From assembly GCA_963719945.1 (NCBI GenBank), contig CAVRDX010000004.1, positions 334,402 through 398,401 of the forward strand: a stretch of DNA of 64,000 nucleotides, given 5' to 3'. This DNA comes from an uncultured Thermoplasmata archaeon. Lineage in GTDB: Archaea; Thermoplasmatota; Thermoplasmata; UBA10834. The position numbers were made by a program, and so were the translations under genes. How positions within the stretch are numbered: position 1 is the first letter of the stretch; each line of letters starts with the position of its first letter. Under the pieces are notes generated by a model. The model was not told the DNA's origin. It worked only from the letters and a program-made list of their open reading frames with translations, and ran no database searches. Positions 36,328 to 43,676 of the stretch are shown in pieces.

Positions 36328-37179
36328 TTAATTATCGGATTGACCCTTTCCCTTGGGTTCGTCTGCGGGATCATCGTCCGAGCTGCTGTCATCTTCCTGA
36401 GGGTCGGCGTTTTCATTGCCCTGTCCCTCATCGTTGTTACAGCCGTTGTCCACCGTCTGTTCGAGCTGTGGTTCTTCTGGCTCGACTGCCTGGTTCATCT
36501 CCTTGTTCATCTCAGGTTCGCTGGCCTCAACCATCTGCTCCTGTGGTTCCTGTGCTGCCTGCTGCTCGTTCTTACATCCCTCGTCTGAACCCTTCTCCTC
36601 GGCCTTGGCGTCTAGAGATTCGACAGAGGATTCGTGGTCCTCAGAGTGTTGATTCTGGTTCTGAGTGCTGTCGCCCTGTTCTCTCTCACGGTGACGGTAG
36701 CAGTTGCCGTTCTGTTCTCCGTTGCCTTCCTGCTCGTCATCGTCCTGGTCGTCATCACCCTCATCCTCGTCATCCTGATCGTCGTCATCATCATCCAGAT
36801 CGTCATCGCCTTGATCATCATCGCCCGAATCGCCATCATTATCGTCGAGGTCGTCATCCGATCCACCCTCGTCATCACCGTCGTTGGTCTGATCATCATC
36901 ATCAGTACCATCATCGGATGAATCGTCGTCAGTAGTATCATCTGATGAATCATCAGATGTGTCATCCTCGCTGTCATCGTTCGATGTATCATCATCGGCC
37001 GGGGTCGTGTCATCCGTTGTATCATCGGGTGATTGTTCATCTTCCGGCGGGATATCGGCCGAGATATCAGGCTTGTCATTGCCTCCTATCAACGCCACTA
37101 TCAGAACTGTAGCGATAATGAGTATCGCTGCCACAGCCACCGAAGTGAGCAATCTCTTGCTAATTCTTATCCTTCTCAC
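36328..37179 (-). CDS. N-terminally anchored, extremely acidic low-complexity protein
   Basis: MRRIRISKRLLTSVAVAAILIIATVLIVALIGG anchor, then about 250 aa dominated by D/E/S/T/N/Q (DDTSDDSSDDTTDDDSSDDGTDDDDQ..DDDLDDDDDDQDDEDEGDDD). Three isolated Cys. The opposite-strand ORFs are low-complexity artefacts. Confidence 0.6.
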   Translation of the reverse strand: MRRIRISKRLLTSVAVAAILIIATVLIVALIGGNDKPDISADIPPEDEQSPDDTTDDTTPADDDTSNDDSEDDTSDDSSDDTTDDDSSDDGTDDDDQTNDGDDEGGSDDDLDDNDGDSGDDDQGDDDLDDDDDDQDDEDEGDDDQDDDEQEGNGEQNGNCYRHREREQGDSTQNQNQHSEDHESSVESLDAKAEEKGSDEGCKNEQQAAQEPQEQMVEASEPEMNKEMNQAVEPEEPQLEQTVDNGCNNDEGQGNENADPQEDDSSSDDDPADEPKGKGQSDN

Positions 37180-37246
37180 CTCCCATTGCTCCGCAACCCT
37201 TTTGAGCCTAAGGACGTCATCTGCTAATCTACTATTTAATGCTCTT

Positions 37247-37290
37247 GCGTCAGACAGCGACTCCTGGCTTAGGACCTCACTGTCAGACGC
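37247..37290. repeat. imperfect inverted repeat between the Kelch and polyacidic genes
   Basis: GCGTCAGACAG (37247-57) and CTGTCAGACGC (37280-90) are 10/11 complementary with a 22-nt spacer. Confidence 0.45.
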
Positions 37291-37359
37291 AGGCTATTCT
37301 AAGCTAGTCGCTCGGCATCCCCCGACTCATCTGATTACATAGTAATCACGGATGATGTC

Positions 37360-38805
37360 TCATGGGATTTCGGGCAGCGGTGTGCCTCCCAGGCACTCGA
37401 CAACGCTCGCATAACCCGTGTATAGAAGAGTGATTCCATCATCGCTCAGGTGCCCGCTCATGAACAGACCGTGCAACTGGTTGTAGAAGTCCTCCATGGT
37501 CTCGAGGCACAGCGCAATGTCCCCTGAGTCCAGGGCATATTGCGCGACGATCAGCTTGGCTATGAGTCCGTTCTCCGAGTGTCCTCTCAGCTCGTCAGCG
37601 ACCGAAAGGACGAGCGGCACCAGGTCGATCGGTCGGCATAGCTCGGTCACGGGTGGCTCCACCTGCGTCTCCACCAGGATCTCGACGGACGAGAGCGGAA
37701 CCTCTCCGGACTTGCCACCCATCACGCACACTGAACCATTGGTCATCATGACGGCTCCGTGGGCGCCCCTGTCCCTGGTCATGTCCGCACTCGCGCTCCA
37801 TTCCATCTTCTCCGCGCAGAATATCTCTGTCGACTCGGTGCTCCCGACAGAACTCGATGATCCCGCAGCTATCAGCTTCCCATCGGACAGACATGTGAGC
37901 GAGAACCGCATCCTGGGCATGGTCATGTATCCGGCAGATGTCCAAGAGTTCGAGGTGGGATCATAGATCTCTGCAGATGACAGGACCACGCCATCGTCCA
38001 TGCCTCCCGCCACCATCATCCTTCCATCCTCCAGCTCTGCATCGGCGAACTCGTATCTGCTGCAGCCCATCGAGACCGCATCGCCCCAGACGCCTGTCGA
38101 TGGATCGAATATCTCGCTGGTCCCAGCCGCATCCCCTCCCACTGCCAATACATCGCCGTTCGCGAGCGAATGCATCGTGAAAAGCATCCTGGCATGTTGC
38201 ATCGATCCTGCAGGCTCGAACGAATGCGTCGATGGGTTGTACGCCTCGGCCTGGTACCAAGTCCCTGATGTCCAGTCCGTGCCACCGCTGATGAGGACTC
38301 TGCCATCCGGCAGCTGCGAGGCGGCGTGACCCGACCTCGCGAAATACATGGATCCTACTGAAACGGAACTCCCGTGCACGACATCTACTATCTCTGCAGA
38401 GGAGACCGTCCCTTGTCCCGACTCCCCACCTGCTACCAGCACGGTCCCATCGTCCAGCAATGTGGCGGTATGGCCGACACGCGCGGAGTTCATTGTGGGT
38501 CCCGGCTTCCAGACGAGCGCCTCGGAATCGAAGATCTCCGTGGTCGCGGTGGGACCGTTCGTGGATATCCCACCGATGACCAGTATGTCCCCGCTCGTCA
38601 GGACGAGTGCGGCTGGCGAGATTCTAGGGAGTATCATCGAACCTGCACTGGACCATTCATAGACGACGGATGGCTCAGATGCGCCTTGAGTCGCCGATAG
38701 GATCGATATCAATGAGGCGCTGAAGCCCGTTGAGAATACCAATAGGACGACGACTAACGCTGTCCACGAGCCTCTGAGTTCTCCACTCCCAGAGAGTGCA
38801 TCCAC
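37360..38805 (-). CDS. seven-bladed Kelch-repeat beta-propeller protein with N-terminal anchor and C-terminal helical domain
   Basis: Seven blade motifs: VIGGIST, VAGGESG, ISGGTDW, AVGGDAA, VAGGMDD, AAGSSSS, VMGGKSG, with the recurring AEIYDP/TEIFDS pattern. N-terminal TM. The last about 90 aa are helical (GLIAKLIVAQYALDSGDIALCLETMEDFYNQL). Confidence 0.8.
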   Translation of the reverse strand: MDALSGSGELRGSWTALVVVLLVFSTGFSASLISILSATQGASEPSVVYEWSSAGSMILPRISPAALVLTSGDILVIGGISTNGPTATTEIFDSEALVWKPGPTMNSARVGHTATLLDDGTVLVAGGESGQGTVSSAEIVDVVHGSSVSVGSMYFARSGHAASQLPDGRVLISGGTDWTSGTWYQAEAYNPSTHSFEPAGSMQHARMLFTMHSLANGDVLAVGGDAAGTSEIFDPSTGVWGDAVSMGCSRYEFADAELEDGRMMVAGGMDDGVVLSSAEIYDPTSNSWTSAGYMTMPRMRFSLTCLSDGKLIAAGSSSSVGSTESTEIFCAEKMEWSASADMTRDRGAHGAVMMTNGSVCVMGGKSGEVPLSSVEILVETQVEPPVTELCRPIDLVPLVLSVADELRGHSENGLIAKLIVAQYALDSGDIALCLETMEDFYNQLHGLFMSGHLSDDGITLLYTGYASVVECLGGTPLPEIP

Positions 38806-38929
38806 TAGACTCCCTCCCCCTTTTCTTGACAGGATACTGCGAAAACCACTCCCCCGAGCAGCGCGCGACCCCTGTCTAGTCTCCTTGTCTGAGGGTCCGA
38901 AGGGCGTTCCCGATTAAGGGCTTTTCGGA

Positions 38930-38951
38930 TACTGACTACCTCTAGTCAGTA
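38930..38951. repeat. perfect 9-bp hairpin (TACTGACTA-cctc-TAGTCAGTA)
   Basis: Read directly. It lies 39 nt downstream of the DUF835 gene stop and upstream of the Kelch gene. Possible terminator or operator. Confidence 0.55.
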
Positions 38952-38989
38952 CGGATGTATAGATGGGGACGTTGGGTAGTGAAGGACAA

Positions 38990-40210
38990 CTACGCCTGCG
39001 CTTCCGCCTTCTCTTCCTCAACATCGTTATCGAGGGACTCGTACGGTTCGACTACCTTCGCCGACCTTTCCATGAGGGCCAACTCCCTTATGTTCAGGAC
39101 ACGTGGGTCTATCACGAGCATGATGGCGCAGTCATAGGCAAGCACGAAATCGTGCAGATGGTTCACGAACCTGAGCACGGTCTCGAAATCGTTCTGCGTG
39201 ATCATGTACTCGAGACCTTCGATCATCACCACGGCCTTCTTGTGGGTCTCGACGAATTTTGTTATCAGGAGCGTCACCAGGCTCAGCTCCGTCGGGTCGA
39301 CATAATCCTTGCCTGCCCTGCGCGTGAGCCACAGTATCTTCTCGGCCTGGAACTGGATGACCTGCCTGAGCCTGTCCGGATGCTCCCTGACGACCAGCAT
39401 TCCTTTGGCGCCTTGTTCGACGGCCTCGTTATACATGGTGAACGATATGCAAGGCCTCTTCTCTTTCACGAGGTAGATGAACCCATTCTCGACCGGGATG
39501 TGTTCTCCGGGGACCGGACGTATCGTCGGGAATGCCTCCTCGGGTGTGATCGTGTTCATGACCGACGCGGTCTTCGCGTCATCGTATTTGCCGCCCCCTC
39601 CGCTCCGTCTGTGATACATGACCGCACCGAGCGCGCCGATCGAAAGGACGACCGCGAAGAACGCGAGATACGGGGTGTAGTCGACTGCGACGGAGGAATC
39701 CTCTACGGCCAGCTGGGTGGCCACTTCGAAATCACCGTAGGTCGTGCCCACGCCCCAGAAGTATGAGATGTTCCCCCAGGCCGTGTGGACCAGGTATGTG
39801 AGCTTGAAGTAGTAGCTGTAGCTCTGATCCATCGCGTTCTCGGGCACGCAGAAATCCACTGCGTAAGTGCCGATCCCTTCGCCATCAGGAGCGAGCCATT
39901 CAGATGAATTCGATACATCTGTCCATGCGAACTCGTTAGGTGCCATCCAGGACAAGTGGATCGACACGTTCTGTACCTTGACCATGTACGCGAGGTCATC
40001 GTAGACATAGTCCCCGGCCGGCATCGCGTTGACGACCATGACCCGGACATCGAGCATATCACCGGGACAGTAATGCGACTTTCCAGGGACGAACTCGAAG
40101 CTCACATCTATCGTATCGGCCGCCATCGCTGCCACTGGTGCACAGCAGAATGCGCTGATAAATAGCGGAATCAAGACGCTCGATAAGACGAGCCTTGACT
40201 GATAGCCCAT
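38990..40210 (-). CDS. membrane protein: extracellular beta-sandwich domain - TM - cytoplasmic DUF835-like domain
   Basis: Signal peptide. HYCPGDMLDVRVMVV, the same YxPGDxV repeat type as the surface protein. TM helix YLAFFAVVLSIGALGAVMY. C-terminal GMLVVREHP...ILWLTR...VDPTELSLVTLLITKFVE...VVMIEGLEYMITQNDFETVLRFVNHLHD...LVIDPRVL matches my memory of the archaeal DUF835 consensus. Confidence 0.7.
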   Translation of the reverse strand: MGYQSRLVLSSVLIPLFISAFCCAPVAAMAADTIDVSFEFVPGKSHYCPGDMLDVRVMVVNAMPAGDYVYDDLAYMVKVQNVSIHLSWMAPNEFAWTDVSNSSEWLAPDGEGIGTYAVDFCVPENAMDQSYSYYFKLTYLVHTAWGNISYFWGVGTTYGDFEVATQLAVEDSSVAVDYTPYLAFFAVVLSIGALGAVMYHRRSGGGGKYDDAKTASVMNTITPEEAFPTIRPVPGEHIPVENGFIYLVKEKRPCISFTMYNEAVEQGAKGMLVVREHPDRLRQVIQFQAEKILWLTRRAGKDYVDPTELSLVTLLITKFVETHKKAVVMIEGLEYMITQNDFETVLRFVNHLHDFVLAYDCAIMLVIDPRVLNIRELALMERSAKVVEPYESLDNDVEEEKAEAQA

Positions 40211-40297
40211 CTCCCTTCCCCGAGACCATGCGGCCTCGTTACCTCTATCTCCACAGCTCTACATAACAATTCGCAGTCAGTATGGTGCTAAACGTCG

Positions 40298-40774
40298 CTA
40301 TACGAGCACTCTCTTCTCGTCCTTCGTGATGTTGAGGACGACCTGCGTGTAAGTCCTGTCGACGTTCTCATGGTCCAGGACCTTCTTGACGAAGGAGTTC
40401 AGCTCGGTCCTGCTCTTGAACCGGGCCATGACGATGGCGTCCCATTCTCCGGTGGAATCGAACACTGCGAACACCCCAGGTCCTTTGGCCAGGTCCTTCT
40501 CGGTGTCCACGATCTTGCCATGGATGACCTTGATCCCGATGACGGCCATGATGTCGTACCCGAGCTTGGTCGCGTCTATCATCGGCATGTATCCTTGGAT
40601 GACTCCTGCACGTTCCATCGCCTTCACTCTGTTCGATACGGTCGTGAGCGAAACCTGCAGTTCCTTGGCGATGTCCCTGAAGCTCTTCCTCGCGTTGTCA
40701 TTGAGGCTTCTCATGATGTCAATGTCAAGTTCATCGAGCTCCATCATGCCAGCATCCTTGTTTTCAGGGACCAT
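40298..40774 (-). CDS. lrp: Lrp/AsnC-family transcriptional regulator
   Basis: LDIDIMRSLNDNARKSFRDIAKELQVSLTTVSNRVKAMERAGVI forms the HTH, followed by a RAM-type C-terminal domain. Confidence 0.9.
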   Translation of the reverse strand: MVPENKDAGMMELDELDIDIMRSLNDNARKSFRDIAKELQVSLTTVSNRVKAMERAGVIQGYMPMIDATKLGYDIMAVIGIKVIHGKIVDTEKDLAKGPGVFAVFDSTGEWDAIVMARFKSRTELNSFVKKVLDHENVDRTYTQVVLNITKDEKRVLV

Positions 40775-40795
40775 TGAGTGTGCTCAAGCACTTGC

Positions 40796-40806
40796 TTTTA
40801 TAAATA
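40796..40806 (-). promoter_or_regulatory. TATA box for lrp (leaderless spacing)
   Basis: The plus strand reads TTTTATAAATA (TATTTATAAAA on the gene strand), centred about 27 nt upstream of ATG 40774. Confidence 0.5.
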
Positions 40807-40940
40807 ACTTGCATACTTGAGTGAACCGAATGGTCAATATGCGCGAAATAACGCCATAATGTGTTCATCTGTCTAGGATTGTCGAAATAACTTTGATATA
40901 TGGTCACAGACATAAGGTATCTAGCAGGAGGTCGACAACA

Positions 40941-41081
40941 ATGCCAGGAGAATCTATGTGTTATGATGCTCGGATTCGATATTGGGAAGAGGAATGGGTA
41001 TCTCAGCTCCTAGCAGAGGCCTTAAGACTCAAGGGCGAGACCTCCTCTTCCGAAGAGACTCCCGCATCCGATAAATCATGA
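40941..41081 (+). CDS. possible 46-aa small protein divergent from lrp
   Basis: GGAGGT lies 9 nt upstream of ATG 40941. Translation: MPGESMCYDARIRYWEEEWVSQLLAEALRLKGETSSSEETPASDKS. No homology is recognisable. Confidence 0.3.
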   Translation: MPGESMCYDARIRYWEEEWVSQLLAEALRLKGETSSSEETPASDKS

Positions 41082-41214
41082 TGGACCCCTGAGTGGTCGG
41101 TCCGGTCTCTCTGAACAACCGCAGATCCTTCATCGCGGTTTGAGTTCTTTGCTGTTCCCCTGATCAAGTCTAAACTGCATAAGACCGGCCCCACTCAGTT
41201 ACTTTTTCAGGCGA

Positions 41215-42522
41215 TCATACTTTCTTCGCGATCACTTCGGAACCCGTGTCTTTTACATTCCTGAAGCAGAAGTAGAACGCAAGCGTGCCCATCAGGTAGA
41301 ATATGGCACAGTACAGGAACGGCTCCGTTCTGGTGTAATCGTTGTCCCATACGTAGCCAGCGACGACTTCTGAGATCAGGAACGCGATAGTCCAGACCAG
41401 GGTGGTTATCGCGTAGAACGATGCGCGTATCCGTTCGGTCACTATGTTCATGAGATATGCGTTCAGCACAGGCATCGGCACGAGCATCAGGAGGGATCTG
41501 ACCGCATACAGCACGGCCGCTATGAGCAAGGTCGGGGAGTATGGAATCAGCACGAGGAACCCGATCGATGCGAGCTGTGACACGCTGATGAGCGCGACCG
41601 CCCCTCTCGTCCGTGCGAGCGCCGGGACTATGAAGTATCCTGCGACCAGCATGATGTTCGAGAGCGTCAGCATCAGTGCCAGATCCGTCTCCGTGGCTCC
41701 CATGCCATCGGAGAAGATGATTGCGATCCACGGCATCACGAGCCCCGCCCCGAACCCGATGAGCGCGTTCTGTATGGAGAACATGACGAGCTTCTTCTGC
41801 ATGGGTCGGTCGAAGTCCAACAGGAGCTTCTCCGGTTTCGTCTTGACCTCTTTGACTCTGAACGCGTAGAGCACCGGCAGGATCGCCACGAGCGTGGCGG
41901 CGGCGTACACGCACCTGTATCCCGTGATGAGGTCGGAGCCAAGAAGGCTGCTGAGCAGGTCTGGCATCATGAAGCCAACCATCGTCCCGACCGTCAGACC
42001 TATCGTGTTGGAGACGGACTGCATTCCATAGAGATACTTCAGCTTGGACGGAGTGGCCTTCGTGGACAGCAGCGCGATTATCGAAGGTCCGGTGATGGAC
42101 CCTGCCATGCTCACGATGACGCTGGCTGTGGCGTACAGTGGCAGGTTCTTTTCTGCCAGGAACATCGCGATCCCGACGACGTCCAAGATGAGGCCTATCA
42201 CCAGCAGGTTCTTCCTGCCGAACTTGTCCGCGAGGAACCCGCTGGCGAGAAGCGTCAAGGCGCTCGATGCGGATCCGATCGCGAACATCAGCCCTATTTC
42301 GAGGGATGAGAACCCAAGCTTGTCCCAATATGTCGATAGGATGTACCATAGGACCGAGCTGGTGATGCCCATGAACAGGGCGACCTTGATCAACCTTCGT
42401 TCGTCAGCTCCGCTGTCTGCATAATAGCCGAAGGTTCCTTTCACCCCGTCCTGGCCAGTGCGTGCCAGCCCGCGGATGCCCGTTCCGAGCTTGGAAGTCA
42501 ACGATCGCCCTCGTCTAGGCAT
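41215..42522 (-). CDS. MFS transporter
   Basis: 12-TM pattern with GFLADKFGRKN (motif A-like). Confidence 0.85.
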   Translation of the reverse strand: MPRRGRSLTSKLGTGIRGLARTGQDGVKGTFGYYADSGADERRLIKVALFMGITSSVLWYILSTYWDKLGFSSLEIGLMFAIGSASSALTLLASGFLADKFGRKNLLVIGLILDVVGIAMFLAEKNLPLYATASVIVSMAGSITGPSIIALLSTKATPSKLKYLYGMQSVSNTIGLTVGTMVGFMMPDLLSSLLGSDLITGYRCVYAAATLVAILPVLYAFRVKEVKTKPEKLLLDFDRPMQKKLVMFSIQNALIGFGAGLVMPWIAIIFSDGMGATETDLALMLTLSNIMLVAGYFIVPALARTRGAVALISVSQLASIGFLVLIPYSPTLLIAAVLYAVRSLLMLVPMPVLNAYLMNIVTERIRASFYAITTLVWTIAFLISEVVAGYVWDNDYTRTEPFLYCAIFYLMGTLAFYFCFRNVKDTGSEVIAKKV

Positions 42523-42606
42523 AAAAATTCATGTGTATTAACTACGTGTTCAAACCAGGTGGCCTCTTAGGTTATCTTTATCCGAACGCAGTCGGTTCCG
42601 ATAACG

Positions 42607-43620
42607 ATGATGTCTCTTCCGGACCGGATCTTATCCTTGATCGACCGTATGTTACCTCTCGATAGTTCTCGAAGGAAGGTTCTTCGGATCGTATCTATCA
42701 TCCTCTTCATTGAAGGTCTATCTGTCATCGTATTGTTCTCTTATGTCGGGCTCATCATGGGTGTGGTATCCCTCGTGATTGGCCTACTATTGATGATTCT
42801 GCTACATAGGCCGCCTGAACCTGCGCCAGAGGTTGACCAGGATTCTCCAGGGATCCGCCTGATTGACTCCTTCCTTAGAATTTTAGGCGGCGATTATGTC
42901 GTAATGTTGCTCGGCGCATTTTTGATTCTAATCGTTATGATTTACAACATGTATGTGTCGCCGAGACCGGAGTTCGGAGACACAGACACGCTCTCGATTC
43001 TCTTCGGTGCCATGCTCCTGGTATATCCCGTGATTGCTCCCAGGATGAAATTGGAGGCATCGTTCGCTATCATCTTCATAGGTTTCGTAGTCCTCTTCCT
43101 AGTCATTCCTCAGATAATCATGTCAGCGACCGCGGATGGACAGACGACCTCGTCGATCGGCAACTGGTATGTCCATTACATGCTTGCGGCTCCGTTCTCT
43201 GGAATGCTCGATCTCATCGGGGTGCAATCGAGTTCGGTCGGCAATTTCGTGACGATCGTATTCCAGGACGGCAGCATGCACACGCTCGAGATATCCGCTT
43301 ATTGTGCAGGGCTTTATTCGTTCTCCATATTCATTTCCGCATTCTTCGCATTCGTTCTGGTGTTTGAGAGGATGTCTAGGAGAATGCTCACATCGGTGCT
43401 CTTGCTCGGACTGTTCATCGCCTATCTAGGGAATCTGATCAGGATGGTCGTGATCGGTCTCGTCGGATACTACTGGGGATTGGATGCACTGCATTGGACC
43501 CATGAGAATGTCGGGTGGGTGATTTTCCTCGCATGGTCGTCGTTGTTTTGGTGGGTGATACTCGGATACACCTCAAGACATTCGGAAGATCGACCAGCGC
43601 ATGACACCGAAGCCAATTAA
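42607..43620 (+). CDS. archaeosortase/exosortase-family transpeptidase-like membrane protein
   Basis: Polytopic protein. Conserved-residue contexts occur in the family order: LEISAYCAGLYSF (Cys), YLGNLIRMVVIG (Arg), WTHENVGWVIF (His). Confidence 0.6.
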   Translation: MMSLPDRILSLIDRMLPLDSSRRKVLRIVSIILFIEGLSVIVLFSYVGLIMGVVSLVIGLLLMILLHRPPEPAPEVDQDSPGIRLIDSFLRILGGDYVVMLLGAFLILIVMIYNMYVSPRPEFGDTDTLSILFGAMLLVYPVIAPRMKLEASFAIIFIGFVVLFLVIPQIIMSATADGQTTSSIGNWYVHYMLAAPFSGMLDLIGVQSSSVGNFVTIVFQDGSMHTLEISAYCAGLYSFSIFISAFFAFVLVFERMSRRMLTSVLLLGLFIAYLGNLIRMVVIGLVGYYWGLDALHWTHENVGWVIFLAWSSLFWWVILGYTSRHSEDRPAHDTEAN

Positions 43621-43676
43621 TACAATCAACGCCTTCGAACCAAATTGCGATTGGACCGATTCCGGTGAATCATATT

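Noticed and set aside
36144-36935. Plus-strand ORFs (36144..36935, 36298..36588, 36634..36921) and the second minus-strand frame (36612..37079) over the polyacidic gene. I also considered whether the periodic GAT/GAC tract could be a CRISPR or tandem-repeat array.
   Set aside because: They are frame artefacts of a low-complexity codon repeat. There are no regularly spaced identical repeats with unique spacers, so it is not CRISPR. The frame with the signal anchor and Asp/Glu runs is the only one with protein-like organisation.
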